The notes under the pieces were generated by a model. It had not been told where the DNA came from, made no database searches, and worked only from the letters and a program-made list of their open reading frames with translations. From contig CAAGHO010000042.1 in assembly GCA_900769695.1 (NCBI GenBank), positions 268 through 64,267 on the forward strand: 64,000 nucleotides of DNA. The letters are read 5' to 3'. Below, one piece after another: positions 36,837 through 45,196 of this stretch. Position numbers and translations under genes: made by a program. Within the stretch, counting starts at the first letter, position 1; each line of letters starts with the position of its first letter. Source of the DNA: Bacilli bacterium (GTDB lineage: Bacteria; Bacillota_I; Bacilli_A; RF39; UBA660).

Positions 36837-38006
36837 ATGAAAATAACAGTAGCAGGAACTGGTTATGTTGGTTTATCACTTGCAACATTACTAAGTAGAA
36901 AACATGAAGTAATCGCGCTTGATGTAGTAGAAGAAAAAGTGAATATGATTAATAATAGGATTAGTCCTATAAAAGATGAAGAAATAGAAAAGTTCTTTAA
37001 AGAAGAAAAATTAAATCTAGAAGCAACCTTGGATTGGGAATATGCATTAAAAGATGCAGACTATGTAATTATTAGTACTCCAACAAATTATGATGAAGTA
37101 ACTAATTATTTTGATACTTCTTTAGTAGAAGATATTATTAAGAAGGTTATTAGTATTGGTAATTCTAAAACTACTATGGTAGTTAAATCTACTATACCAG
37201 TTGGATTTATTAAAAGTGTTAAAGAAAAATACAATATAGATAATATTTTCTTTTCACCAGAATTTTTAAGAGAAGGTAAGGCCTTATATGATAATTTATA
37301 TCCATCAAGAATCATAGTAGGAGAAAAGAGTGAAAGAGCAAGAGTTTTTGCAGAGATGTTAAAAGATTGTTCTTTAAAAGAAGATGTTAAAGTATTATAC
37401 ATGGATTCTACAGAGGCAGAAGCAGTTAAATTGTTTGCTAATACTTATTTAGCACTTCGTGTATCTTATTTTAATGAACTTGATACATATGCAGAATTAA
37501 AGGGATTAAATACTAAAGATATTATTGATGGAGTGTGTTTAGATCCTAGAATTGGTAATCATTATAATAATCCATCATTTGGATATGGTGGGTATTGCCT
37601 ACCAAAAGATACTAAGCAATTAAAAGCTAATTATAAAGATGTACCTGAAAACTTAATTAGTGCGATAGTAGAAAGTAATACTACAAGAAAAGATCATATA
37701 GCAAATACAATTATTTCTAAACATCCTAAAGTAGTAGGTATTTATAGATTAACTATGAAATCTAATTCAGATAACTTTAGAGCAAGTGCTATTCAAGGAG
37801 TTATGAAAAGAATTAAAGCTAAAGGAATAGAAGTAGTTGTTTATGAACCAACTTTAAAAGAAGATAATTTCTTCAATAGTAGAGTTATAAAAGATTTAGA
37901 TGAATTTAAAAATATATCTGATGTTATATTAGTTAATAGAAATGATAATATATTAGAAGATGTAAAAGACAAAATATATACGAGAGATTTATTTTCAAGA
38001 GATTAA
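36837..38006 (+). CDS. ugd: UDP-glucose 6-dehydrogenase
   Basis: [14 protein letters not shown] Rossmann motif and catalytic [10 protein letters not shown]. Confidence 0.9.
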   Translation: MKITVAGTGYVGLSLATLLSRKHEVIALDVVEEKVNMINNRISPIKDEEIEKFFKEEKLNLEATLDWEYALKDADYVIISTPTNYDEVTNYFDTSLVEDIIKKVISIGNSKTTMVVKSTIPVGFIKSVKEKYNIDNIFFSPEFLREGKALYDNLYPSRIIVGEKSERARVFAEMLKDCSLKEDVKVLYMDSTEAEAVKLFANTYLALRVSYFNELDTYAELKGLNTKDIIDGVCLDPRIGNHYNNPSFGYGGYCLPKDTKQLKANYKDVPENLISAIVESNTTRKDHIANTIISKHPKVVGIYRLTMKSNSDNFRASAIQGVMKRIKAKGIEVVVYEPTLKEDNFFNSRVIKDLDEFKNISDVILVNRNDNILEDVKDKIYTRDLFSRD

Positions 38007-38019
38007 TCTCTCTTTTTTT
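37982..38019 (+). terminator. Terminator at the end of the polysaccharide locus
   Basis: Stem GAGAGATT/AATCTCTC spanning the ugd stop, followed by T7. Confidence 0.5.
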
Positions 38020-38038
38020 GAATTAATTTAGATAAAAC

Positions 38039-38098
38039 ACAAATAACCGAATTAAATTTCTACAAATAACCGAATAAAAAAGTAATAAATAACCGAAT
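38039..38098. repeat. Three direct repeats AAATAACCGAAT at an exact 23-nt period
   Basis: Copies at 38041-38052, 38064-38075 and 38087-38098. The first two are preceded by AC. Intergenic, upstream of the vanZ-like gene. Confidence 0.8.
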
Positions 38099-38271
38099 AA
38101 CATTGATTTACTTAATCAAAACTTTGAAAAAACTATAAAAGAATAAATGATGTTTATTTTATATTGTTCCAATAGGTACATTAAAAAATTAACTATTTTA
38201 TATATTGAAATAATTATAAAAATGATATAATATAAGCATCGCATACTTTATTTGATTGGTGTGATGTAATA

Positions 38272-38727
38272 GTGAATAAGAAATTAATAATTTATATAAT
38301 ATTATCTATTACTTGTATGGGTATTATCTTTTATTTTTCTAGTAGAAATACTATAGAATCTAATAGTACTAGTAAAAACTTAATTAGAAATGTAATTGAT
38401 AAATATGAATCTATTACAGGTAAAAACATAAATAAAGAAAGCCTTGTTACTAAACTTAATTATCCAGTTAGAAAATTAGCTCATTTTAGTATTTATTTTT
38501 TACTTGGATTAGTAGTATATAGTCTGTTTTTACATACAAATATGAAACATAAACTTTTATTTTCAATTTTTACATGTGTAGTTTATGCTTTATTTGATGA
38601 GATACATCAATTATTTGTTTTAGGAAGAACTGGACAAGTTTTAGATGTATTTATAGATAGTATGGGAAGTATTATAGGTATGTTAATAATTAAAATATTA
38701 ACTAATAGTAAAACAAGGCATATATAA
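38272..38727 (+). CDS. VanZ-family membrane protein
   Basis: RKLAHFSIYFLLG and DEIHQLFVLGRTGQVLDVFIDSMG. Confidence 0.8.
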   Translation: MNKKLIIYIILSITCMGIIFYFSSRNTIESNSTSKNLIRNVIDKYESITGKNINKESLVTKLNYPVRKLAHFSIYFLLGLVVYSLFLHTNMKHKLLFSIFTCVVYALFDEIHQLFVLGRTGQVLDVFIDSMGSIIGMLIIKILTNSKTRHI

Positions 38728-38791
38728 ACTGAGAAAAACAGAAATTTTGTTGAAATATGTATTTTATTGTGGTAAATTAGATGTAGTTAAA

Positions 38792-38833
38792 GGGCTAGTA
38801 TAGACTTTAGTGGTTTGTACTGGCTCTTTTTTT
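38792..38833 (+). terminator. Terminator after the vanZ-like gene
   Basis: 9-bp stem GGGCTAGTA/TACTGGCTC (two G-U pairs) then T7. Confidence 0.5.
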
Positions 38834-38843
38834 GGAGGATATC

Positions 38844-39515
38844 ATGAAAAAGAAAATGTTTTATTTATTAATTACTGCTATTTTTTGTAGTACTACTACT
38901 GTATATGCTCATCCAGGTAGGACAGATTCAAATGGTTGTCACACTTGTAGAACTAATTGTGAAAGATGGGGATTAAGCTATGGACAGTATCATTGTCATA
39001 ATGGTGGTAGTTCAAGCCGTTCTAATAGTTCTAGTAGATCTTCATCAACTTATTCTGCACCATCATATGTATATGGCTGTACTGATAAGGACTCAATAAA
39101 TTATAATCCAAATGCTAATAAAGATAATGGAAGTTGTATAAAAAAGGTTAGTGGTTGTACAGATCAAAATGCTTACAACTATAACGAAAAGGCCAATGTA
39201 GATGATGGTAGTTGCATAAGCAAAGTTATGGGATGTACTAACTATGAAGCTATTAATTATAATTCTTCAGCTAATACATCAGATGGAACTTGTTTATTCG
39301 AAAAAAATAAAGTTACATATAAGAAAATTAAATATAAAGTAAAGAAAAAGAATAGTTTCTTTCATAGAAAAGGGTATGTTATTCAAAAAGGTGTAAAAGG
39401 TAAGAAAAAAATAACAGAAACAATAATAGTAAATGAACAAAAAGAAGTTATTGAGGTAAAAGATAAGAAAGTTGAAATTATAAGAAAACCAATAAATAAA
39501 ATAGTAGCTAAATAA
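38844..39515 (+). CDS. Secreted YHYH-domain protein with Cys-bounded NYN repeats and G5-like C-terminus
   Basis: Signal peptide, then HPGRTDSNGCHTC...YGQYHCH (YHYH motif). Three repeats follow of the form GCTDxxxxNYNxxANxDDGSC. Basic C-terminal part resembles a G5 domain. ATG 38844 follows GGAGG. Confidence 0.65.
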   Translation: MKKKMFYLLITAIFCSTTTVYAHPGRTDSNGCHTCRTNCERWGLSYGQYHCHNGGSSSRSNSSSRSSSTYSAPSYVYGCTDKDSINYNPNANKDNGSCIKKVSGCTDQNAYNYNEKANVDDGSCISKVMGCTNYEAINYNSSANTSDGTCLFEKNKVTYKKIKYKVKKKNSFFHRKGYVIQKGVKGKKKITETIIVNEQKEVIEVKDKKVEIIRKPINKIVAK

Positions 39516-39522
39516 TAAAAGA

Positions 39523-39565
39523 AAAAGACTAATTCATTTTAACTTTTTGATTAGTCTTTTCTTTT
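39523..39565. terminator. Bidirectional terminator between convergent genes
   Basis: 11-bp stem AAAAGACTAAT/ATTAGTCTTTT. The last codons of the minus-strand gene lie within the hairpin. Confidence 0.55.
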
Positions 39566-40356
39566 GCATATAAACTTAGATCTATTTCTTGTTTTAAATC
39601 CTCTTTATAATATAAATAATCATCTTTTAAATTATTATAAAATGGTAGTGATAAACTTAACCAATGATCTGGTACTTCACAATATGTAGAAGCAATTCTA
39701 GTTAAGAAAGACTCATCACTATCTATTGAACAACCATAACCATTTTTTAATAAATTAACAAAATAAATAATTCCAACTTCTTTATTTAAAAAATGCATGT
39801 ATGGACCAAGTCCGGCAGGATTATTATTATTCTCATAATTACTACTATTAACACTACTTCCACATTCAGTATAAACAATTGCTAAGGCTATTTCTTTATT
39901 TATACCATATAAGTTTGAGTATTTAGCAATCATTTCTTCTGGTGACATAGTTATATCATGTTCTTCATCTGATTTAATTTCATCACTATTATAATTATAT
40001 TCTTCTGGATTATAATAGAGGTTTCTTGTTAAATCTAAAATAGCAAGTTCAACACTATCATGAGATTTATTATTAATTATATAATGATGGTTCCATTCAT
40101 ATGATGAAAAATTTCTTGTTTGGTCTATTAATACTTTTTCAACTATTTCTTCCTTTATTTGAAATACACTTGAATAATAGGATATTAAATCTTCTATTCG
40201 TTCTGATTTAATATTATCGTCAGTTACACATGCATTATTATAATCAGCAGCATATACATTTAATGTATTAATATTTGATGGTATTAAAGCTAATGATGAT
40301 AATAATGAATAGGTAACTAATTTATTTTTTAATCGTATTAATTCTTGCTTTTTCAT
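39529..40356 (-). CDS. Secreted protein, possibly glucosaminidase/lysozyme-like wall hydrolase
   Basis: Signal peptide ending NVYAADY. GINKEIALAIVYTECGSS...NNNNPAGLG loosely resembles muramidase/glucosaminidase active-site regions. Confidence 0.4.
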   Translation of the reverse strand: MKKQELIRLKNKLVTYSLLSSLALIPSNINTLNVYAADYNNACVTDDNIKSERIEDLISYYSSVFQIKEEIVEKVLIDQTRNFSSYEWNHHYIINNKSHDSVELAILDLTRNLYYNPEEYNYNSDEIKSDEEHDITMSPEEMIAKYSNLYGINKEIALAIVYTECGSSVNSSNYENNNNPAGLGPYMHFLNKEVGIIYFVNLLKNGYGCSIDSDESFLTRIASTYCEVPDHWLSLSLPFYNNLKDDYLYYKEDLKQEIDLSLYAKEKTNQKVKMN

Positions 40357-40422
40357 AATCTTCCCCCTTCACAAAAAACGCTCTTTAGGATATCATATTT
40401 TTTGCTTGAAGTCAAATAAAAT

Positions 40423-40451
40423 TTGACTAAAGATAGTCTTGCTATTATAAT
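40423..40451 (+). promoter_or_regulatory. Consensus-like promoter of paralog E
   Basis: TTGACT (40423-40428), 17-nt spacer, TATAAT (40446-40451). Confidence 0.6.
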
Positions 40452-40476
40452 TAAAAATAGAGGAGAGTGTATAAAG

Positions 40477-41751
40477 GTGAGTAAGAATAATAAAAAATTA
40501 TTAATAATAGTTTTAGTTTTGATTTTAGTGTTAGTGATAGGGACAACATACGCATGGTTAAGACTAACAAAGAACTCTAATACAGTAAACAAGATAACAG
40601 CAGGAAATCTAGAATTAGTATTAGATGATACAACAAGTGAAGGAATAACACTCATAAATGAAGTACCTAGAAGTTATCGACAAGGAATGGAAACAAAAGA
40701 ATATACATTTACATTAACAAATAAAAATAGTACAAGTAGTTATAGTTTATCATTAAAAGATTTAGAAAAATATACAGATGAAGATGGAAAAGAAATTGTA
40801 GTAGCAGATGAAAATAGAATAAATGATGCTAAAATAAGATATATCTTATTAAAAGATGGAGAAGAATCAAGTGCAGCTAAATCAAAAATACTAACAGATA
40901 GGACAATTGATACTGGAACAATCAAAAAAGGACAAACTATTTCTTACACTCTAAGAGTATGGATAGATTCACGTGCAGAGAAAGAAGTAATGGGAAAAAT
41001 CTTTAATGCACAACTTAGTTTAGTAGCAGAGCAAACTAGTAATTATATAAAAGTTAACCCAGTATCTTTTGAAAATGATTCATGGGATGTTATTTCTGAA
41101 GCAGTAAAAGAAAATAATTATCCTTATCAAGTAGGAGATACAAAAGAAGTAGATATGGGGAGTTTAGGAACACATACAGTAAGAGTTGCAAATACCTCTG
41201 CTTGTACAAATGGAGAAACAAGTGAGTCTGCATGTGGGTTTGTAGTTGAGTTTGCTGATATTGTTTCAACACAGGAAATGAATTCAAATCAGACTAACGT
41301 AGGAGGCTGGCCAGCAAGTGAAATGAGAACTTATGTAAACACAACAGTATATAATGCCTTGCCAAGTGAGTTACAAAATGTAATTACAAAAACTAAAGTA
41401 GTATCAGGCCATGGTGCAACAGCAGGTGAGGCTAACTTCATATCAAGAGATAAACTATATCTACTTTCAACAAAAGAAATATGGGGAAAAGAGGCAACAT
41501 CAAATACAATAAATGGTGATACAGCAGAAGCAGAAACAAGACAGTTGGATTATTATAAAAACAAAGGAGTAACAACAGCAAAATATAGTGGAGCAATTAA
41601 AAAAAATAACGGTACAAATTCTTATTGGTGGTCGCGCTCAGCTCGTTCTGGTAGTACTTATAGTTTCTTCACTGTGCGTGGCACTGGTGTTTGGGTTAAC
41701 ATTGATGCTAATCATGCACACGGAGTTTCACCAGCTTTCCGAATCTCATAG
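40477..41751 (+). CDS. TasA/camelysin-like secreted protein, paralog E, with a different C-terminal module (WW-x-RS ... GVSPAF type)
   Basis: GTG start 9 nt after AGGAGAG. VSKNNKKLLIIVLVLILVLVIGTTYAWLRLTKNSNTVNKITAGNLEL. Domain end QLSLVAEQTS. The C-module has YWWSRSARSG...HGVSPAFRIS, which I believe corresponds to DUF6273 (name from memory). Confidence 0.65.
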   Translation: MSKNNKKLLIIVLVLILVLVIGTTYAWLRLTKNSNTVNKITAGNLELVLDDTTSEGITLINEVPRSYRQGMETKEYTFTLTNKNSTSSYSLSLKDLEKYTDEDGKEIVVADENRINDAKIRYILLKDGEESSAAKSKILTDRTIDTGTIKKGQTISYTLRVWIDSRAEKEVMGKIFNAQLSLVAEQTSNYIKVNPVSFENDSWDVISEAVKENNYPYQVGDTKEVDMGSLGTHTVRVANTSACTNGETSESACGFVVEFADIVSTQEMNSNQTNVGGWPASEMRTYVNTTVYNALPSELQNVITKTKVVSGHGATAGEANFISRDKLYLLSTKEIWGKEATSNTINGDTAEAETRQLDYYKNKGVTTAKYSGAIKKNNGTNSYWWSRSARSGSTYSFFTVRGTGVWVNIDANHAHGVSPAFRIS

Positions 41752-41764
41752 TTAAACTATTTTG

Positions 41765-41787
41765 GTATACTTTGGTATACTTTTTTT
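41765..41787 (+). terminator. Terminator of paralog E
   Basis: GTATAC/GTATAC stem (self-complementary direct repeat TTTGGTATAC x2) followed by T7. Confidence 0.5.
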
Positions 41788-41844
41788 CTTGTAATAAATA
41801 TATATTTGTGGTATAATAAGACCCGTTTATGGGAGATGTTTATT

Positions 41845-43257
41845 ATGAGAAAAAATAAATTAAGTATTATAAGTATTATAAATATTATTATAAATATTTT
41901 CTTTCTTACACTTATATTGCAACTAAATATATTACCGACAAAATATCTAATTATACTTGTAGGTGTTATGCTTATTATAAATATTTTAGGAATTTTATTT
42001 ATTAATCTTAATAAAAAACTTTTAAAAGTATTAGGAAGTATTATTTGTATTTTTTCAATACTTATAAGTTTAATAGGAAGTTACTATTTATATTATGGAG
42101 TTGATTTCTTAGAAAAGTCATTTGAAAACTCTAAAAAAACAGAAATCTCTACTTTTTATATAGTAACTTATAAAGATAATGAAATTAATAATAAAAAGGA
42201 AGTATTTGGTAATATTTTATACTATAAAGATACTACTAATATAGATAAAGCTCTTAATAATTTTAAGAAAACTAATAAAATAACTCCTATTTCTTCTGAT
42301 GATTTGAGTCCTATATTTAAAAAAGTATCTTCTAAGGAAGAAAAATATTTACTAATTAATAAAACTACTTATGAATTCATATTTAATCTTGATAATAGTT
42401 TAAATAAAGATGATTATAAAATTATTGGTAAAGTAAATGTTATCTTAGAAAATAAAAATAAAAAAATAGAAGCTAAAGACACTTTTAATTTATATATAGG
42501 TGGTAATGATTTTACTGGTAGTTTGATGGATTTTAATATGATTGTTACAGTTAATAGAAAAACTGGTAAAGTATTATTAACATCTATTCCTAGAGATTAT
42601 TATATAGAAGAAGTTAATACTTCTGGTCGTAAAGATACTTTGAGTTACATGGGAGCTAATGGTATTGAAGTAAATAAGGCTTCATTAGAAAAGTTTCTTG
42701 ATATAAATATTGATTATTATATGAAGATAAATACTAAAAGTTTAGTTAAAATAGTTGATTCAGTAGATGGAATTACTTTCTGTTCTGATAAGTCATTTAC
42801 TACTACACATGCGATGATATTAGATTCTTATGATGATTCTAAAGGTAAAAAGTTATATGTTAAAAAAGGATGTCAACAACTAAATGGAATAGAGACTTTA
42901 ACTGTTGCTAGAGAGCGTATTGCAATACCTGGTAGTGATGTGGCTCGTCAAGAAAATTGCCAAAAGATTTTACTTGCGATAATTGATAGGTTAAAATCAA
43001 CAAATACAATTACTAATTATAATGGTATTCTAAATTCGTTCAATGGTTTTTATGAAACTAATATGCCTAAAGAAGTAATAACAATTATTATTAAGGATAT
43101 TCTTAATGGCAAAACATATCAAACAGAAACTCAAACTTTATATGGTACTGATACACATGATTATGTTCATTTAACTAATTTAATAGATTGGGTAATGTAT
43201 CCAAATGAAGATAGTGTAAATAAGGGTAAAGAAAAGATAAAAGAGGTATTGAAATAA
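41845..43257 (+). CDS. LytR-CpsA-Psr (LCP) family glycopolymer ligase
   Basis: N-terminal TM segments. LLTSIPRDYYI, TLTVARER, ARQENCQKIL. Confidence 0.85.
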   Translation: MRKNKLSIISIINIIINIFFLTLILQLNILPTKYLIILVGVMLIINILGILFINLNKKLLKVLGSIICIFSILISLIGSYYLYYGVDFLEKSFENSKKTEISTFYIVTYKDNEINNKKEVFGNILYYKDTTNIDKALNNFKKTNKITPISSDDLSPIFKKVSSKEEKYLLINKTTYEFIFNLDNSLNKDDYKIIGKVNVILENKNKKIEAKDTFNLYIGGNDFTGSLMDFNMIVTVNRKTGKVLLTSIPRDYYIEEVNTSGRKDTLSYMGANGIEVNKASLEKFLDINIDYYMKINTKSLVKIVDSVDGITFCSDKSFTTTHAMILDSYDDSKGKKLYVKKGCQQLNGIETLTVARERIAIPGSDVARQENCQKILLAIIDRLKSTNTITNYNGILNSFNGFYETNMPKEVITIIIKDILNGKTYQTETQTLYGTDTHDYVHLTNLIDWVMYPNEDSVNKGKEKIKEVLK

Positions 43258-43319
43258 TCAATATCTTTTTCTTTTAATAATTACTGATGCTAAAATAGAT
43301 TTTAAGGAAGTGATTTATC

Positions 43320-44720
43320 ATGAAATTAATTGGAAAGATACTTAGTTTTATATTAATGGCTTTGTTTATTATTACAATGTATTTAGTATATAGATTAAAT
43401 GTTTTACCACTAAAATATTTTCTAATAGTTGGTATAGTTTTATTACTTGTTATTTTTATTCTTTGTTTTAAACTAATTAGAAAGAAAACTAAATTTTTTA
43501 GTAGAATTTTCTTTAGTGTTGTTGCAATCATCTTTATAGGAGTAATTTATTATATTCTTACTTATATTAATGCAACATATGATTTTATGAATAGTATGGT
43601 TTTAAATAATTTTGAAACTATTACTTATGATGTTGTTATTCCAAATAGTAGCAATATAGAAAAAGTAAAAGAACTAAAAAATTCTAGTATTTCTTACTTA
43701 GAAAGTGACTCTAATTATAGTAAAGCTAAATTACTTTTAAGAAAAGATATTAATTATCAAGAAAACCCATGTAAGAATATAAATGGTATTATTAGTTCAT
43801 TTGAAAATAGTAAGGCTTTATTTATAGAAGACAGTTACTATAATATTTTAAAAGAAGAGTATGATTTTGTTAAAGATACAAAAGTGATCAAAACTTATAA
43901 GTTAATTGTTAAAAAAGATAAGAAAACTAATAATTCTACAACATCAAAGCCATTTATTATTTATATAAGTGGTATTGATACATATGGTAAAATTAGTAGT
44001 GTTTCTAGAAGTGATGTTAATATAGTAGCGGTAGTTAATCCTACTTTAGAAAAAATATTGCTTGTATCAATACCAAGGGATTATTATGTTAAGCTTCATA
44101 ATACTAATGGATATAATGATAAACTAACTCATGCTGGTATTTATGGAATTGATATGAGTGTTAATACTATTGAAGACTTGTTAGATATTAATATTGACTA
44201 TTACTTAAGACTTAATTTTTCAACGTTAACTAAAAGTATTGATTTACTAGATGGAGTAGATGTTTATTCAGATATAACTTTTAATCCGACTACTAATCCT
44301 TCCTTAACAATTTATCAAGGGCTTAATCATATGAATGGGGAAGAAGCTTTAGCTTTTGCTCGTGAAAGATATGCATATCAAACAGGTGATAGACATAGAG
44401 GAGAAAACCAACAAGCTATAATAGAAGCCGTTATTAAGAAGTTAAGTAATCCTAAAAATATTACAAAATATAAGGATATTTTAAATTCTTTAGATGGTAC
44501 ATTTGAAACAGATATGTCTTATAAAGATATTACTAATTTAGTAAAATTACAAATATCTAAAAATATAGATTGGAATGTTACTTCTATAAGTCTAGATGGA
44601 AAGGGTAGTATGATGCCAACCTATAGTATGGGAGAGCGAAAACTATATGTTATGATTCCAGATGAAGAAACTGTTGTTAATGCCAAAAATAAGATAAGTA
44701 AATATATGGAGAGTAAATAA
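43320..44720 (+). CDS. LytR-CpsA-Psr (LCP) family glycopolymer ligase, second copy
   Basis: LLVSIPRDYYV, EEALAFARERYAYQTGDRHRGENQQAII. Confidence 0.9.
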   Translation: MKLIGKILSFILMALFIITMYLVYRLNVLPLKYFLIVGIVLLLVIFILCFKLIRKKTKFFSRIFFSVVAIIFIGVIYYILTYINATYDFMNSMVLNNFETITYDVVIPNSSNIEKVKELKNSSISYLESDSNYSKAKLLLRKDINYQENPCKNINGIISSFENSKALFIEDSYYNILKEEYDFVKDTKVIKTYKLIVKKDKKTNNSTTSKPFIIYISGIDTYGKISSVSRSDVNIVAVVNPTLEKILLVSIPRDYYVKLHNTNGYNDKLTHAGIYGIDMSVNTIEDLLDINIDYYLRLNFSTLTKSIDLLDGVDVYSDITFNPTTNPSLTIYQGLNHMNGEEALAFARERYAYQTGDRHRGENQQAIIEAVIKKLSNPKNITKYKDILNSLDGTFETDMSYKDITNLVKLQISKNIDWNVTSISLDGKGSMMPTYSMGERKLYVMIPDEETVVNAKNKISKYMESK

Positions 44721-45196
44721 TGCAAAAAAGAAATAATATTGCCATATTAGTAGTATGGTTAATAGTAATTTTTATGTTTTCAAATCAGGGTGGAGAAACA
44801 TCAACAATTACTAGTAATAATGTCTCTAAAAATATTCTTAGTGTATATGAAAATATTTCATCTAAAACGTACAGTAAAGAAGAAAAAGAAAAAATAATTG
44901 AATCTAGTATTACAGTAGTTAGAAAAACTGCTCATGTTTTTGAATATTTTATCTTAGGATTATTATTAATTAATGCCTTAAAAGATTATAGAAAATTTGA
45001 TTACAGACTTCTTATTTACTCTATAATATTATGCTTTATTTTTGCTTTTTTGGATGAATTTCATCAACTATTTATTCCTAATAGAACAGGTAAGATTAGT
45101 GATGCTTTTATTGATTCAATAGGATTTATATTATCAACCCTTATCTATTACTTTTTATATTCTAAACTAAAAAAAAGAAATCGACTTAATAGTTGA
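44720..45196 (+). CDS. VanZ-family membrane protein, second copy
   Basis: RKTAHVFEYFILG and DEFHQLFIPNRTGKISDAFIDSIG. Confidence 0.8.
   Translation: MQKRNNIAILVVWLIVIFMFSNQGGETSTITSNNVSKNILSVYENISSKTYSKEEKEKIIESSITVVRKTAHVFEYFILGLLLINALKDYRKFDYRLLIYSIILCFIFAFLDEFHQLFIPNRTGKISDAFIDSIGFILSTLIYYFLYSKLKKRNRLNS

Noticed and set aside
40353-40655. 100-aa minus-strand ORF overlapping the start of paralog E and its promoter
   Set aside because: It is antisense to the conserved signal-peptide region shared by five paralogs and has no RBS. The plus-strand gene has a consensus promoter, an RBS and family conservation.
41761-41780. Direct repeat TTTGGTATAC x2 after paralog E; considered as a regulatory repeat or att-like site
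   Set aside because: GTATAC is self-complementary, so the two copies form a simple hairpin followed by T7. An ordinary intrinsic terminator is the more economical explanation.
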